Below are positions 46,353 to 60,100 of a stretch of DNA of 64,000 nt, piece by piece. Under the pieces are notes generated by a model that was given only the letters and a program-made list of their open reading frames with translations, made no database searches and was not told the origin of the DNA. This DNA comes from Takakia lepidozioides (lineage: Eukaryota > Plantae > Bryophyta): the NCBI GenBank assembly GCA_030704615.1, contig CM060733.1, forward strand, positions 10,292,001-10,356,000, written 5' to 3'. Position 1 is the first letter of the stretch. Each line of letters starts with the position of its first letter. Made by a program: the position numbers and the translations under genes.

Positions 46353-49300
46353 ATGGGTGTTCTCAGCCGACTAGATCATGATCGAAACTACTCGCCCTGG
46401 GTGTCGGTGCTCAACTTGTGCAATGTAGCCATTGGTGCTGGCGTTCTATCTTTTCCTTTTGCATTCAGGTCAATGTCCTGGCTCTCAATTGCTAACCCCC
46501 AGGCTAAGGCCGAGAGAGATTGTACTCATAAGACGTTGTTTGCCGTAGCCTTGTGGCCATTGACCCGCGCCCAGTTTGAGCGGGAACAAAAGGGACAGAA
46601 CCTACCTCTGTCAGGGGCTGACGTTGGTAGTAAGACTTACCTCCATATATAGAATTAATCCGGGTTTTCCAGATATCCTAAGGCCGAGAGAGAGAGAGAG
46701 AGAGACTATTTAAGTGGAAGCTGACACATGATAAATTCCTGAGGAAAGTCCGAAGTGCTCATTCTCATTGGCCATCTGGTAGTCCTGATCACTGCTCGAA
46801 ACTAGTCTTAAGAATTGCATCTTTCACATACGCAGACCTCTGAGGTTATGAAGTTCAGAATTATGATCCAGGTTACACAAATGGAATAGTGGGGGAAGCA
46901 ATAAATTACCTTGGTGAACATTACTCACACATCCAATTTTTCTGCCATGTACTGTAGACAAACTGGTGTGTTTGGAGGTCTTTTTCTCAGTGGCCTGATA
47001 TGGGCAGTTGAAGTTGGAGCGCTATGCCTTCTCATTCGAACTGCAGAAAGATGCAACAGTAAATCTTACCAGGTCATTGCAAGTACACCATGATCTTCTA
47101 CTGCTATGGCTAGTTTGACATCCTTTTATTCATTGCTTTGCAACAGTACTTGCATAGTTTGATCAATCTATTGCAGTAAGTGGAAGGATTCCATTGACTT
47201 AAGACCTTGATTGATACTCACATTTCCAGGACCTAGTGGTGTCAACATTGGGAGCCAAAATGGCTGTAGTCACATCTGCAACAATGCTGGTTTTTATGGT
47301 TGGCTCCATGATTTCTTATCTCATCATCACAGGTGTGCCCTGTGAGCTCCATTATCTGATCTTTCGAGAAGTACAGAAGTTGACACATGTTCTTAGACGA
47401 AGGAAAGGAGAGAGGGGTTGGTTGGCAGGAACCCATTACCCATTGTACTCCACGACATGAGTTTCTTACTCACCAGCAGTAGACACTTGCTGTTTGACTC
47501 TGCAACTTGCAATTCGCTATTTTGTTTCCCAACTCACCATTGATTCACCATCGACATGTACAAATATTAATGAGGTTTGAGAACATATGTACTGACTCTT
47601 GAACTGTTGGTTGTGCAACCTAGGGGATGTCTTTCAGCCTGTTTTTGCTGGCTGGTTTGGAGAAGACAGCGTACTGGCCGATCGCAGGTACTTCAAAAAT
47701 GACAAGCAAGATCATGGGGAAGTACAGGGTAGGAGAAGACATCTGGCACTGATGGAATAATGAGAGCATAGATCACAAGAGTGTTACATAAGCAACGATG
47801 AAATGCGAGAGGCCTTGAGCTGATCAGAGTCTTTCCTGGACTCTCTGAAGGTAGATATATTAGTCAGCGGCACAACATAACAAAAAACTGTGAGGTCCTA
47901 TCCCTCGATGAATTTTCCCAAAAGTGGGTGATTGTTTGGCAATGCCAAGGTTGTGATACTCTGTAACTGTCTCTCTCATTAAGTAGCGTGGCCCTGTATT
48001 GAGTTGTGTGCCTTCAGTGGTCATTCAGTAGATCTGTGGACGACTTATACTTCAAGCCAAAACTTTCTCATTTAATAAGAGTGTTGCAAGCAGTGAAAAG
48101 CTAGACTCATCGCAAGTGTTTGGGGCTGGCCGGTGTGTATTTGAAGATGATTGCCTGCAGAGGCTTTGGGAAGTGATAGGCGATTTACACTGTTTGTTCT
48201 AGGGTCATTGAGGAATTACGATTATCAGTATCGCAGATACAAAAGACGATCGAAGTTGCAGTTTCGCAAGCTGCATTTGATTGCACACAGTGGATGCCCA
48301 ATTCCATATCATGAATGTAACTGGCTCCATTTTATCCAGCCTAGATCTCACTTCGTAGGTTTTGACTTCTGAGGGCATATTTCCCTTGCTTTGATCACAC
48401 TCGAAAGCTAACATGTTGGCGATACAGATTGGTCATCGCGCTGTTTGCAATACTTGTCGTACTGCCCCTTTCGTTGAAGACAAGGTTGCGGGGGTTGAAG
48501 TGGACCAGCACAATTTCGGTACAATCTGTGTGACCCACCTGTGACCCTGGAGAGAAAGCTGTTAGAACACTCCATTTCCCTACATAATTCGTTCCAGCTT
48601 TGAGAGCTCATGAAGCACATACAATTCAGCTTATGCATGAATGGAGAGAGACTACTTGAATAACCGTCATAGAGTTTCTGCTGGAAGTTTTATTATTCAA
48701 AGGTCTAGACTCTCAATGTAGGAGCAACCTGACATTATTGGACGTTGCAAAGTCCAATCTGTCAGGAAGGAGGTGTATACTCTTTCGGAGATTGATCTCC
48801 ATATATGCTATGTTGACTACGAAAATGTCTGCACGAGAGGGAAACAGAGCCATAGAAGTAGACTTTCAGGAACGAAGGTCCTCCTACTTAACATGAAGTA
48901 CCAGTGGGTGGCTGATACAGGTGATCATGCTCACGTATTTGACTGTTTCTTTGGCCACGATTGGAATTGTCCGTCTGGTCAACGAAGGATTTCCACAGCA
49001 TGTAAGCAAACCCACTGCAGACTGAATCGAGGTTCTTTAGAAGTCTTTTTGACAGGCACCCATCACGAGAAATCACGAATCAGTTTGATTTGTTTTCTGG
49101 GTTGCCAACTTAGACAGAACGTCATCTACTTACGGGATTTGTTCTCCTTTAATTCAATTCTTCGAATCTGGCTATGGTGGCTCTTGAAGTGATTGATCAT
49201 CGCAGTTTCAGTCGTATATCGATGTCCAGTAGTATGTAGATAATCAGCAACCATCAAGCTGTTATGTGTGCGTGTAGGCGAATTACTTTTCTGGGGGATT

Positions 49301-51135
49301 GCATGCCTTCATTGCCATGGATGTTGTCGTGTTTGCGTTCCACTGCCACATCCAGGTAAAATCCTAATTTCACGTCCTATAGAACTTGCAGCGGATGATC
49401 CATTTAGGACTCCTGAAAGTGTCAATGGAAACTTCGAACGTGCAGTGTGCAGATTGAATGTATGGGCCTCAGTTTAATCCCTCAAGGACCTCTCAGCAGG
49501 AGAGGTGTGTGTTGTGGGTTCTCCTTTATCAACCTCTTGCATGAGATTTCTGAGAAAGAACACGCTGGTCCATGGCTTTAGCAAAAGCATCGACGAATGC
49601 ATATAGGAGCACATCCCAGGCCTGAACTATCAGTTTCTCAGCTTGTTCGTCTTGTTTTTTCTTGACAGGGGCAATTGATGTTCAGGTGATCCACATCTTT
49701 GCCGAGCTCGCGGATCAGCCCTCGCCTTTTATTGGGGTGGATCATCAGGCTCTTGAAAAAGAACCCATTCTACCGGTCCGTGAGGATCTTCTCAATGGAA
49801 AATCACCTTCCAAAAGGAGATCCTGCAAAGTAAAGCGTATGGATGGAGTCATCTTTATTTCCATGACCATATGCTTCGTTGGCTACTGTCTGGTTTGTAA
49901 AGTTCCTTCCTTTCCTATCTCTTTCTTTTCTTTCTCCCCCATGGATGCTTAGAATTACCTCAGGGATGAGCCTTCGACAGCTTGCAGATGCGAGTTTGCA
50001 AAATTATCTGTGATGTACACGAACATTTGGCGTTATTCGTGGTATGCCGTTGGGCGAAGCTCATGAATGCCTTAGTCGTTCAAGACTTCAGATCAGCTTT
50101 TTGAAATGATAAGCTCTTTCGGGACTGTTGAGATTGCATGTCATTCACCCAGGTCTCGGATGTCGCCTTCACTTATCATTCATAAACGGTAGAAGAGTGA
50201 ACAAGTTCTTGGGAACGAAGCAGGTGGGTGAATTTGGATACCTCCTGTTTCCCGATGTGGAGAGTGATATTCTAAAGAGCTTTGGCAACAGCAATCGATT
50301 CATGAACTTTGCGCGCATGGGCATGGCTGTGGTACCACACTGCTCTCACCCTTCATAAACAGCATAGAATTAAGCTCATCGTGCTGGCCTGCTTGTTACT
50401 CACCATATTCAGTAAGACTTGCAGTACAATTGTTTGCAGATCCATGTAACAGCACTGTTTGCAAGGATACTTGGGGCTAGCAATTTATCATTGCCTTGAA
50501 AGCACTGGGATTTTGTCATTCAGGTGGCTATGGTCTGCTATCCGGTGAATTGCTTCCCTGCGCGCTCCATATTGGATGATGCTATCAAACATGCAGTTTA
50601 TGAGGGGACAGTTCAGTCCTTTTCATGGACGCGTCATGTGCTCTCCACGCTTTTCCTTTTCGGACTATCTCTGGGAACAGCTTTGCTCATAACGGACCTT
50701 GGAGCTGTAAGACTTTCTTCCTTCCAGCTGTTGCGTGTCAACTAAGCTTAGGGGTTTCTGGACAGGAAGGTACTCAAATTTACAGAGGAAATTTGCAGCC
50801 AAGTTTGTAAGCAAGGTGGAGTGCAATGCCGAAGTCCTTGAGAGTGTGAAGGATGAGAGCAGAAGGGTATTCAACTTTGCAACATTTTGCAGGTGTTCTC
50901 CATTATGGGCTCAACAGGTGGGGTGCTGGCGATTTTCGTCATACCAGGGCTTTTACTGATGTACATGGATGCTAGCCAAGAAAATCAGATTTCTCTTCTT
51001 GGCAATCAGTCCCAGCCATCTCAAGACAAAATTGTCAATGCAAGGTGGGCAAGACAGTTGGGAGGATGCCTCCTCATAGGAATAGGTGCACTCATATTTT
51101 TTACCACTGCATATGTCACTGTGGAAGGCTTGTAG
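46353..51135 (+). CDS. Amino-acid transporter (Aa_trans/AAAP family; AVT6/SLC38-like), about 11 exons
   Basis: SVLNLCNVAIGAGVLSFPFAFR/QTG; GSMISYLIITG/DVF; VVLPLSLK; VVVFAFHCHIQ; VGEFGYLLF..VESDIL; YPVNCFPAR; VFSIMGSTGG...FVIPG; stop at 51135. Confidence 0.92.
46520..46677 (-). mobile_element. Short 5'-truncated copy of the same LINE family, at a (GA)n tract in transporter intron 1
   Basis: Reverse complement of the 3' end seen at 34.97-35.12 kb, flanked by the 16-bp direct repeat CTAAGGCCGAGAGAGA (46504-46519 and 46678-46693). Confidence 0.88.
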
Positions 51136-51894
51136 ATAAAAGGTGGCTATCATGTAAGGGGGGGGCCTGGAGGTTGGGTAACTCACTTGCCAAAAGATCA
51201 GTGCACTGACCAGCTCAACATAAACTCATCACAAGTATCTTTCAGAATGTTTTCAGGGATGACGAAACATAAACAGGCCTTCCCAAATAAAATGAGGTTT
51301 CCTCATTGAAAATGTGGCATCTTGCAAAGTTTCCAACCTTGAGTAGAATTATTTATTCATTCAGAAATGCAACATCTCTGACAACATTAAAAATCTTGCA
51401 GTAAACATGTGCGGGGGACACTCAAGTTACCACTTCAAACTTTCAACTTTATGATCCATTTCCTCAATTGGAGACAAGAAATTGACTACTGCATGAAGGA
51501 ACCAACCTATTGCATGTATTATAATTGAAAGACCAGATTTGTGAACAGAATAACTCATCAAAGTCAGTTCTTGAGGGAGGAAGGGAGGGAGAGCAGAAGA
51601 GAATGAGAGTATAGGCTTGGTGAGCTGGAGCCAGTTCTGCATGGACTTCAAAGAATTGGCAACAAGCTGAAGGTTGCATGTCCTTGGATCATTACTGTGG
51701 GCAAGTTCGGTACACAAGGTTTTCATTCAGTCAGACAAAAAGAATGTGGGACACACTTGCATGCGCACACAATCTGCCATGGAAATCCACGATTGACAGA
51801 AATGATGCACCAGTACAACAAGAGGCACTTTCTTGGCATTCTGTTACTCAGAATATATGTTGATTAGATTCATGCCAGAACTCACTTCGCCAGA

Positions 51895-53661
51895 TCAGCC
51901 AAGAAAGTTCAACTTTTTCATCACTGTTGCAAGTGCGGGTGGTGCAACTGAGGGTCGCCTTAACTGCCGCCTCTGCTTTCTGGTCTGCATTGCAAGGGCC
52001 ACTGTTGTCAGCAAGGCCACCGCACAATACCATGACTAAGGGAGGGATGTAGAATAATTCAGAGAGGGCGCAATCCAGAACTACAAGTAACACTTAAGCC
52101 TATTTATGCCCTTAAAGCAGACAAAGTTGGCAAGAATGCTCTGCAGCTCAACCTAGAAAATTAGTAGGCTCAAGATAATTATGTGCTTTCCATTCTTGCT
52201 TATCAGACAGGTCTGTCAACTTCTGTTTGTCTAAAAAAAGCCCAGCTTAAACTACTCAACACATGAGATTTGGAAAGACAATCTCTGTCAAGGGCTACAT
52301 GTTTACACTTCACACATAGACCTATCAAAAGAGGTCGATTAGAATCATTTCCCACCAGCTATGCATCTTAAAATTGTGGCCCAACAATCCTTCAGTAACT
52401 TAAGGCACCACCCCAATTACACCCGTACTTGCCCTGAACTGTGTACACTATCCATGTTGCAGTCCCGAGTTTCCAGATTCGCAGCAACAAAATCTGCTTC
52501 TGGTGTCTGGGTTACAGTGTTTCCATACCTTGGAGTGGGCATTGTGCCGTTTTCCAGATCTCCACCGCTTGAAAAGCCCACTTGCGAGTGCTCTGAATCG
52601 TTTCTTGTAAGACCTACACCCAATCCAACAAAAACATCAACGCAATGGGACCATCCAAGCTCCCCGAAACAGAGTTCTGACAACAAACCCAACCCGTGGA
52701 CAGATGCAAGATCATTTCCCAAGAAAAAATATCCTTCTTCAGCGACTTCGAACCATTGCTCACAGGATAACAACGATGATGCCTTTGCATGACAACCCAG
52801 ACTGCTAGATTACTGACGAGTAGGCCTTAATCTTGATCTTCTTCACTGCGGTTGCGAATGTGCTTCTCTGCTGCAACTGTAGACAGGACAGAGAAATTGT
52901 CAAAACTTCGAAATTCTGCACTACTCGTACTGACCACCTCACAGAAATTACTGAGGCACACTCTAAAAGCTTGTAATCAATAATCAATAGCTCACTTCCA
53001 TACAAAGAAAGAATTCAAATGGGATCTCACATAGAAACAGTGCTGCTACTCAGTAGGGTTTCATATACGAGAATGCGTGGAGCCAGTTCCATCAAGCGCT
53101 TATGCTCGTTATCACATTTACATTGGGCCTCATTTGCGATGCCAAGGTGGGAATGCCTCCTCAATATTACGATCTTACCCTCGACCTCACCCGTGTCTAG
53201 ACCATCGGAGGACGTGCTACAGGGCTCCTGGGGAGTTCACCCCATGGAATGGGTGAGTCCGTCACAAATCAGTATTTGCATGCCCAACAGTGTGTTTCGA
53301 ACCACCAAAAACCAGCAAATTACCGGGCCAATATGCCTGCAGTTGTGCGTGCGAGAGTTAGAATACCCACCGGTGATAGACAAATGGGCATCCCAACAGA
53401 TGAGTTGGGACAGCATCCCTGTTGAAAACTACGCTGCGCATACGACTGCGTGTGAGAGAACAGAGAGCGCAAGCACGACGGATTCAGACTCGGTGCAGAA
53501 TACAGACTCGCGGATGGAAGAGAGACCGTGGACGAGCACGATGTGGTCGTACGTCTGAAGAGAAAAGCGGGAGGATCACGAGCATGAGAAGCATTGGTGG
53601 CGTCGGAGCGAAGAGTCCTCGCAGCAGAACGGACCAAGCGAGCGAGCTGCTTGGACGCCAT
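51895..53661 (-). CDS. RPL35: Mitochondrial ribosomal protein bL35 with presequence, 4 exons
   Basis: MASKQLARLVRSAARTLR presequence; exons KKIKIKAYS (~52873-52821) / SYKKRFRALASGLFKRWRSGKRHNAHSK (52613-52529) / TRKQRRQLRRPSVAPPALATVMKKLNFLG*. Confidence 0.9.
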
Positions 53662-54129
53662 AGCCCAACTCTTCTACAGTCTGGCCTCTTCTCGTATGCA
53701 GTCAAAGGGGGGTTTTACAGAGGGCTTTGTGGATGATGAGGTTTTCATCCACAGGAATTCCATAGAATTGCAATCGCAGTGTTCCTTCTCTCCACCAGAA
53801 GCTAAAACAGATCTTAAGCAGATCTTAAACAGATCTTAGAGGAGTAACTGGGCTACTACTTGATGCATGGAATGGAGTTATTCCGAGGCACTCTCGATCT
53901 AGAACTGGGTTGTCACCGGTTTGGATTGAGTGTATGTAACGAGGGCGCACTGTAGCAAAATGCCCATAAGAGTAGAAGAGTACCTAGGCTAGGACTGGAA
54001 CCACGGCAGGAAATTATTGCGATGCACACTTCTTGCTCTGGATCTAGAACTGGGTTTTCGTCATTGTGCATGGGGTGCAACTGAAGAGAAAGGAGACAGA
54101 ACAAGAAGAAGTGAAGGGGGTGGAGAGGC
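53662..54129. promoter_or_regulatory. Short head-to-head intergenic region (probable bidirectional promoter and 5' UTRs)
   Basis: 468 bp between divergent ATGs. GATCTAGAACTGGGTT is duplicated at ~53896 and ~54041. Confidence 0.5.
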
Positions 54130-57100
54130 ATGGCATCCTCGCAAGAGCCCGGGGGATCGCTGATGGATCTGATGACGTCGGATCCTGTGCCACCAGGCAG
54201 CCCATCATTTCCACCATTGGGCAAGGGCTTTACACCAGAACGCAACAAGCCATCTGCACCTAGGAAGTCCACCTCACAAATTCCACCTGAACTACCGTTT
54301 CCATTGAAATCTGCCTCTCCAGCAAAATCCGGCCTTGGACCTCTGAAGCAGAAGAGAAAGGTGTTGAATGACTGTTCCACGGATTTCTGTCTCTGCCGTA
54401 TGGTCTTTCTGTTCCAGCTGAAATGCAGTTTCATCCGTGTCAGTATTCTCACTGTTGGGTCGTGCAGGAGTTAAGATTACGTTTGGGGATCAAGTTTATA
54501 ATCTGTATCTATAACTTGAAACTTACTGGGAAGCAACACTGACTTCAGATCCATTCAAGATTACAGTGCTTGCTTTTGCATTTTCTGGAAGACCAGACTA
54601 CAATTCTGGTAGCAGAAATGTGGATCCAAATTTCTTCTGATGAAGGTTCAATTTCTTCTTGCGAATCCGAGAAAGGGCTCACATCCTTTTCCAAGTAGAT
54701 ATGAAAATAGAAAAGTTCAAGAGGTTACCATGATGTCAATTTTGCTGACAGACAATGTGTTGTGATTTTGTGATTGTGCAGGCAGTATCCTATTCGCAGC
54801 TTGCAAGGGGCCTTCAGGAACTGGCAGCAGCTACTGACCAGGTCTGTATTCACAGAATGTCAGGCATCTTTGTGCTCATTGCTCATTATTTCAATGTTCA
54901 ATACAGGGAGAATAGGCTGCGGCTACATAAGGAGCTTGTCTTTCTTTGTCATTTGCAGAAAACCAGTCAGAAGCAGCTGGTGCACCAAGTTTTTCCCAAG
55001 CTCGCTGTTTACAGCTCTGTCGACCCCTCATTGGCTCCCTCCCTTCTCACGGTATGAGTCTGCAATTGGGTTGCCTTGTGCCCTTTTTGTGACTGGTTTT
55101 GCATGTGTGCACTTTAATTGCTCCTATATGGCTTTGACTTAATTGGAATTCTTACACTGTTTGCTCTCAACTTCCTTGCCAGATGAGCAGTCACTTACAG
55201 TGCTCAATTGATATGACACCACACTTCGGACTATAATTTCACTTGATTATTTCTTGTAGGTCAAACCATGTTTTGATGTAGTAATTGGGCTATGATAGGG
55301 CCAATTTCGAAGGGTTAACTTGGAGGGAAACACTAGCAATCTTGTTACACATCCGTGAGTTTACTTATTTGCATGCATCAGAGCAACAGTTCTTTGAGTC
55401 AGCAGGCTGGAGTTGCATCCCATTGTTTCTTTCTTTCTTGTGTGTGGTTTTATCTCTCAAGGTGCTTTTGAAGGTCATCCCTTCGTATTTATATGCATCA
55501 GCACTAGTGTTCTTTGGCTCAGTTTGCGACCTCCCAGTGTGTTAAAGAGTGAGATGCCCTAGTACTGGTGTCGTTTTTGTGGCTGATCAATGTCTATACA
55601 TGGTGTCTGAATTTTGTTGCAGTCACTTATAGTAAAAAAAAAGGTGCTCCAGGGTTTGCCCTAGTCTTGAATTCAGCCCAAGAAGTGGTCTTATTTGCCT
55701 TTGAACTTTGACAGTTACTGATTTACCTGCCTAGGCTTTGTTGTGAAAAATCGTGGAGTGACTTTTGTTATTGGATGGGCTGAAAGGATAGCGTTTGTTG
55801 ATGTGGTGTGCAGTTGCACCAGCAATCAGAGGACAGGCATGTGCTGCGATATGTCTACTATTTTCTGGCAAGGTTACTGGCAGAAAGCGGAGCTCAGGGT
55901 GTTACACCTGGTGGCGGGATCCCCACACCGAATTGGGATGCACTGGCGGATCTGAATCTTGCTGGGGGAACAGTAGTCACAAGGGCAGAGGTGGTGCCTC
56001 AAATTATCACTCAGCTCACCACTGAAGCTGGAAATGCCGATACTGCAGGTATGGGTATTCCTCTTTGGCAATGTTGGTAATGTTTGACACCGCCTCTTCA
56101 TTCAATGATAGTAAATTCTATGTAAATCTCTCTCTCCCCCTTCTTTCTCTCTCCACAGCTATGGCAAACAACGACTTATGAGTACATTCTCTCTCTCCAC
56201 TATTCCCCTAGCATAGACAAGAGTATTGGAACTTTCCTCTTCTTCAGTTCCCAATGATTAGGTACTGTTTCCACCGGCTTGTTTTTTGACTTCAAAACTC
56301 TCTGGACCACTTGTATATTCTTAGCCTTATTAATTGCGGACTGTTGCAATATGAGGCCCTTGTCTTTTCATCACCAAAGTTTTGCATCCTTGTTCTGCAG
56401 CCATATCAGAGAGCTGTATCGCATCTCTCAATGCATTCTAAGAAACAAAAGCTCAAGCAGTCAACTATGGACCCGCTAGAGAATTTGAAGTTTTCTCACG
56501 AGCTGGGTAGATTATTCAAATATTCTTATATAAGAGTTCCGACCCCGACCAGGCTAAGAAACTACTGAAATTTAGTCATAGCCACTGTGACGGGCGGGGC
56601 GAAAGGAGGGATGCAGCAGTGGGGATGCCCTACCCGATTATCCACAAAAGTTCATTCACTGAGTCAGTAGAGTTATTGACAAGAAAAGATGTGTGAAGGG
56701 TTGCGCCACTTTACAAATGGGTCTTCCTGTGCAGTACATCCGCGGCGAATTGCGGCACTGAAGGCGCTTAGTTTTGCACCAACAAGCAGCAACGATGTTC
56801 TGAGTACCTTATATGAGATTGTCTTTGGCATCCTTGATAAGGTCTTGATACTGGCTCCAATCTGTGTTTGTTGGTATGCAATGTTTGGGGGGAGGCCTTA
56901 TCAGATTATAGCCCTTGACCAGTCTTCCTGATTTTGAAGATTTGATTTTATCCATAGCACATTCACTTTTCTGGGAGTTTCCTTGTATTGAGCTTGTATC
57001 CTGCAGGTGGCAGATGCTGGCAAGTTGAGGAGAAAGAAAGGCATGTTTGGGAGGCAGAGTGTGGACAAGGAGGTAGGCTTCTTTTCAGTCTGTATCTGCA

Positions 57101-60100
57101 TCCCCTTGTATGTGCTTTGTTCAAATTGTCATTAGTTGAACTTTGACTCATCTCATCGAAGAGGTGGCATCCAAAGTTGTCTGTGTCTTGACTTCTTGGG
57201 TAGGGGCAGGGAGACATGGTTGGCTAAGCAACTGAGCAGGTACTGATGTCACTAATTTCAGTGACAAGCAGCTGAGCATAGGCTCATTCTTAAGCATGTA
57301 CTATCATCGGATTTGTAAGGGAGTTTGGAGATGAGGGAAGATGGTTGCAAATTGTGATGTTCTAATTTCTACTTCTAACATGTGGTGCCACTATTTAAGC
57401 TTCATCCTGGCTTGTTGTCTTGGCAGTCTGCATTGCGCAGTAACCTTCAGTATGCTGCCCTCAGCATGTTACGGAGATTGCCATTAGATTCTGGAAATCC
57501 AGCATTTCTGCACAGAGCTGTGCAAGGGTGTGTGAGCTTTTCTTTCCATTTATTAGAGATTATTGAGACCAAAAGTAACAGACAAAAGAAGGAAAATGAG
57601 AACTAATGATCATCAATGAGTTGGGCAAAATTCAGCTTTGTGAGGTTTATGTGATCTGTCTCTTATGATTCTTTAGTTGTAGTAAATAGGATGTTTTGTT
57701 GGTGTCAGAAAAGGAAGATTGAGCTATTGTCATGCAGAGTATCCTGTGAATGTCCAGTGCTGTACTAAGAACGTGAGGATTGTTTCATTTTTGTGTAAGT
57801 TTTTCTTGAACTTTGAGAGGGTATATAAGCCTGTCATACCATCTTGTGAATGTGCTTTGAAGCTTAGTCCTTCATATGACACGCATAGCATGCGGCAGTA
57901 TTGCATGTGCAGATCCTGTTGGAGTGAGACATGCCTTGGCAATTGTCTCAGAGTTGGCTGTCCGAGATACAACTGCCGTAGCTATGGCTGTGGGTAAGCA
58001 ATCTCCTTTTTACCTCAGGATGCTTTTTGAAGGTTTCTCATATGCTAGTCATAGTGGTCAACAGGCCTGTCCTTTCTGGTTATCTGTACCCTTTGGAAAT
58101 AGACCATGATAGCTGGGGGATTTTTGAGAAGGCAGTGATCTTTTCATGCAATGTATTAAAACCTCAAAAGTCTGTAATCTTTGCATCTGAAACACAACCC
58201 AAGGGCCTGGCTTGTGCTTGGTTGTGTATGATCCACAATTCAGCCATATGATTGCTGTATCTGGGTCCTCTGAATGTGTTGTAGTCACTTGATTTCCTGA
58301 GGGCTTCATAAAGCCTTACACTTTCCAGATGGCCTAGCAGTGTTAGTTGGTTTTATGCTGCACTGTCATCATCAACTCATGTCTTCACTCGTCTCCTGTT
58401 GTGCTTTTGTGCAGCCAAACTTGCACTTGCTGGAGGTGAGTAAAGCCCTCACACTCCCTGACCAGGGTGTTCCTGCCCTACTTTCCTTGATTATGCATGC
58501 TGCTTAACTCAGGGTACAACTACTGCATTTCTGCAATGAAGGTGATTGATGCTATATACAGCCTGCCGACCAACATTACAGTTTTTGTGATGTGCTCAAC
58601 TGTGACATAGAATAGGTTCAAGACCCTTCATGTTCCAAAGTAGAACAAAACACCGATCATAAGTGGTTGGAGCTCTCCTCCTTGTGACAATCTGGCAGGT
58701 ACATTACAGGAGGTCCTGCAGATTCATGATGTTCTTGCGCGTGTCTACCTTGCCCGCCTCTGCTACCTTCTTTCCAGGGCACGGGTTCTTGATGGTAATT
58801 GTTTTCTTTGCTTGTTCATCGTTATCTGAGGTGTAGTACCTTTATTATGTCCATTCACAAGTGATATTGTTTGAATTGGACCCTTCAAACTAACTGCAGT
58901 GCAAGTGGGTTGACAGCTTTGAGGCCCGAGAAAGCTGAAGATGCAGCTCTTGTGCAATGTGCTTGCAGAGAGGCCAGAGGTCAAGACTCAGTTTACAACT
59001 ATATTGTACCAACTGCTTTTGGATCCAAGTGAGAGAGTTTGTTTTGAGGCCATCACATGCATCCTCGGCAAGTTCGACAGTAGTGAAAGGTCTGAAAACA
59101 GTACCAAATTGCAGTGGCTGCTTCTTCCTCAATCCATCTCAAAGTCCTCCACATCTTCAAGGAGCTGATTTATAAACACATCAAAGAGGTTGGATGAGAG
59201 AGTGGATCCTGAGCTACTCCTGGATCTGTGTCGATGAAGTTAGATATCCTGCCGTGGATGAAGATCCCGTTTCTAGAATAGTTATGTAAAGCAGATTCCC
59301 TACTTCATTTTTACCTCTGATTTGGGGGGGTGAAAGCCTTAACGCAAGTGCACCATGCAGCGATTGAGGCGGGAGATGGCCTCGGTTTATAGTGGGACGC
59401 ATGCAAACTCCACACATAGAATTTGTGATGGCGTTCTCCCTCTACCTCTTGGAGGAAAGCCGATTGCAGTGGTTCTAGATTTTTTTCCCACCAGGAAATG
59501 GGGACCCCACGGGCCCAGTACTCACAGCCATAAGTGGCAGCTGTGAAATGAAATAGAGGAACTATAATATGTTGTTTTATGCATGTCGAACGGATCATAA
59601 GTTTCCAATCATGCTCAAGGATGCTAGGTTTCTCTTCATGGTGATATGTATGCTGGGTGTTGCTATTTCTGCAGTCTGGAAGATCGTGCAGGTGGCTGGT
59701 CTCTGCTGACAACGGCCATTTTGAAGTTTCCAGAGCCTCCTCCTTTGCCAACAAAGGAAGGCAATGGAGTTTTAGCCAAGGATGGAAGTGGTGTGCAAGT
59801 TAAGGATGGAATGCCACCCAGAGGTCCAAAGGATCGCCAAGCTCCAAGGCCGCGCCGTCCTCAACCCCTCATCAAATTAGTCATGCGAAGGTGACGTTGC
59901 TTGTTTAAATTGTTGATCACCATGAAGTGTTGATGCAGGTTGGCACGATCAATTAACCCCTAATTGAAACTGCAGTGTCGGTTAATCATTGCGCAAGACC
60001 TTTTGTTTAAGTTGGAAACTTGTCTTGGTTGGGCTTCTTAACATGTCTACACAAACCAGAAAGTGGACCTCTGCCACAAAATCCCCACTTGCCATGGTCA

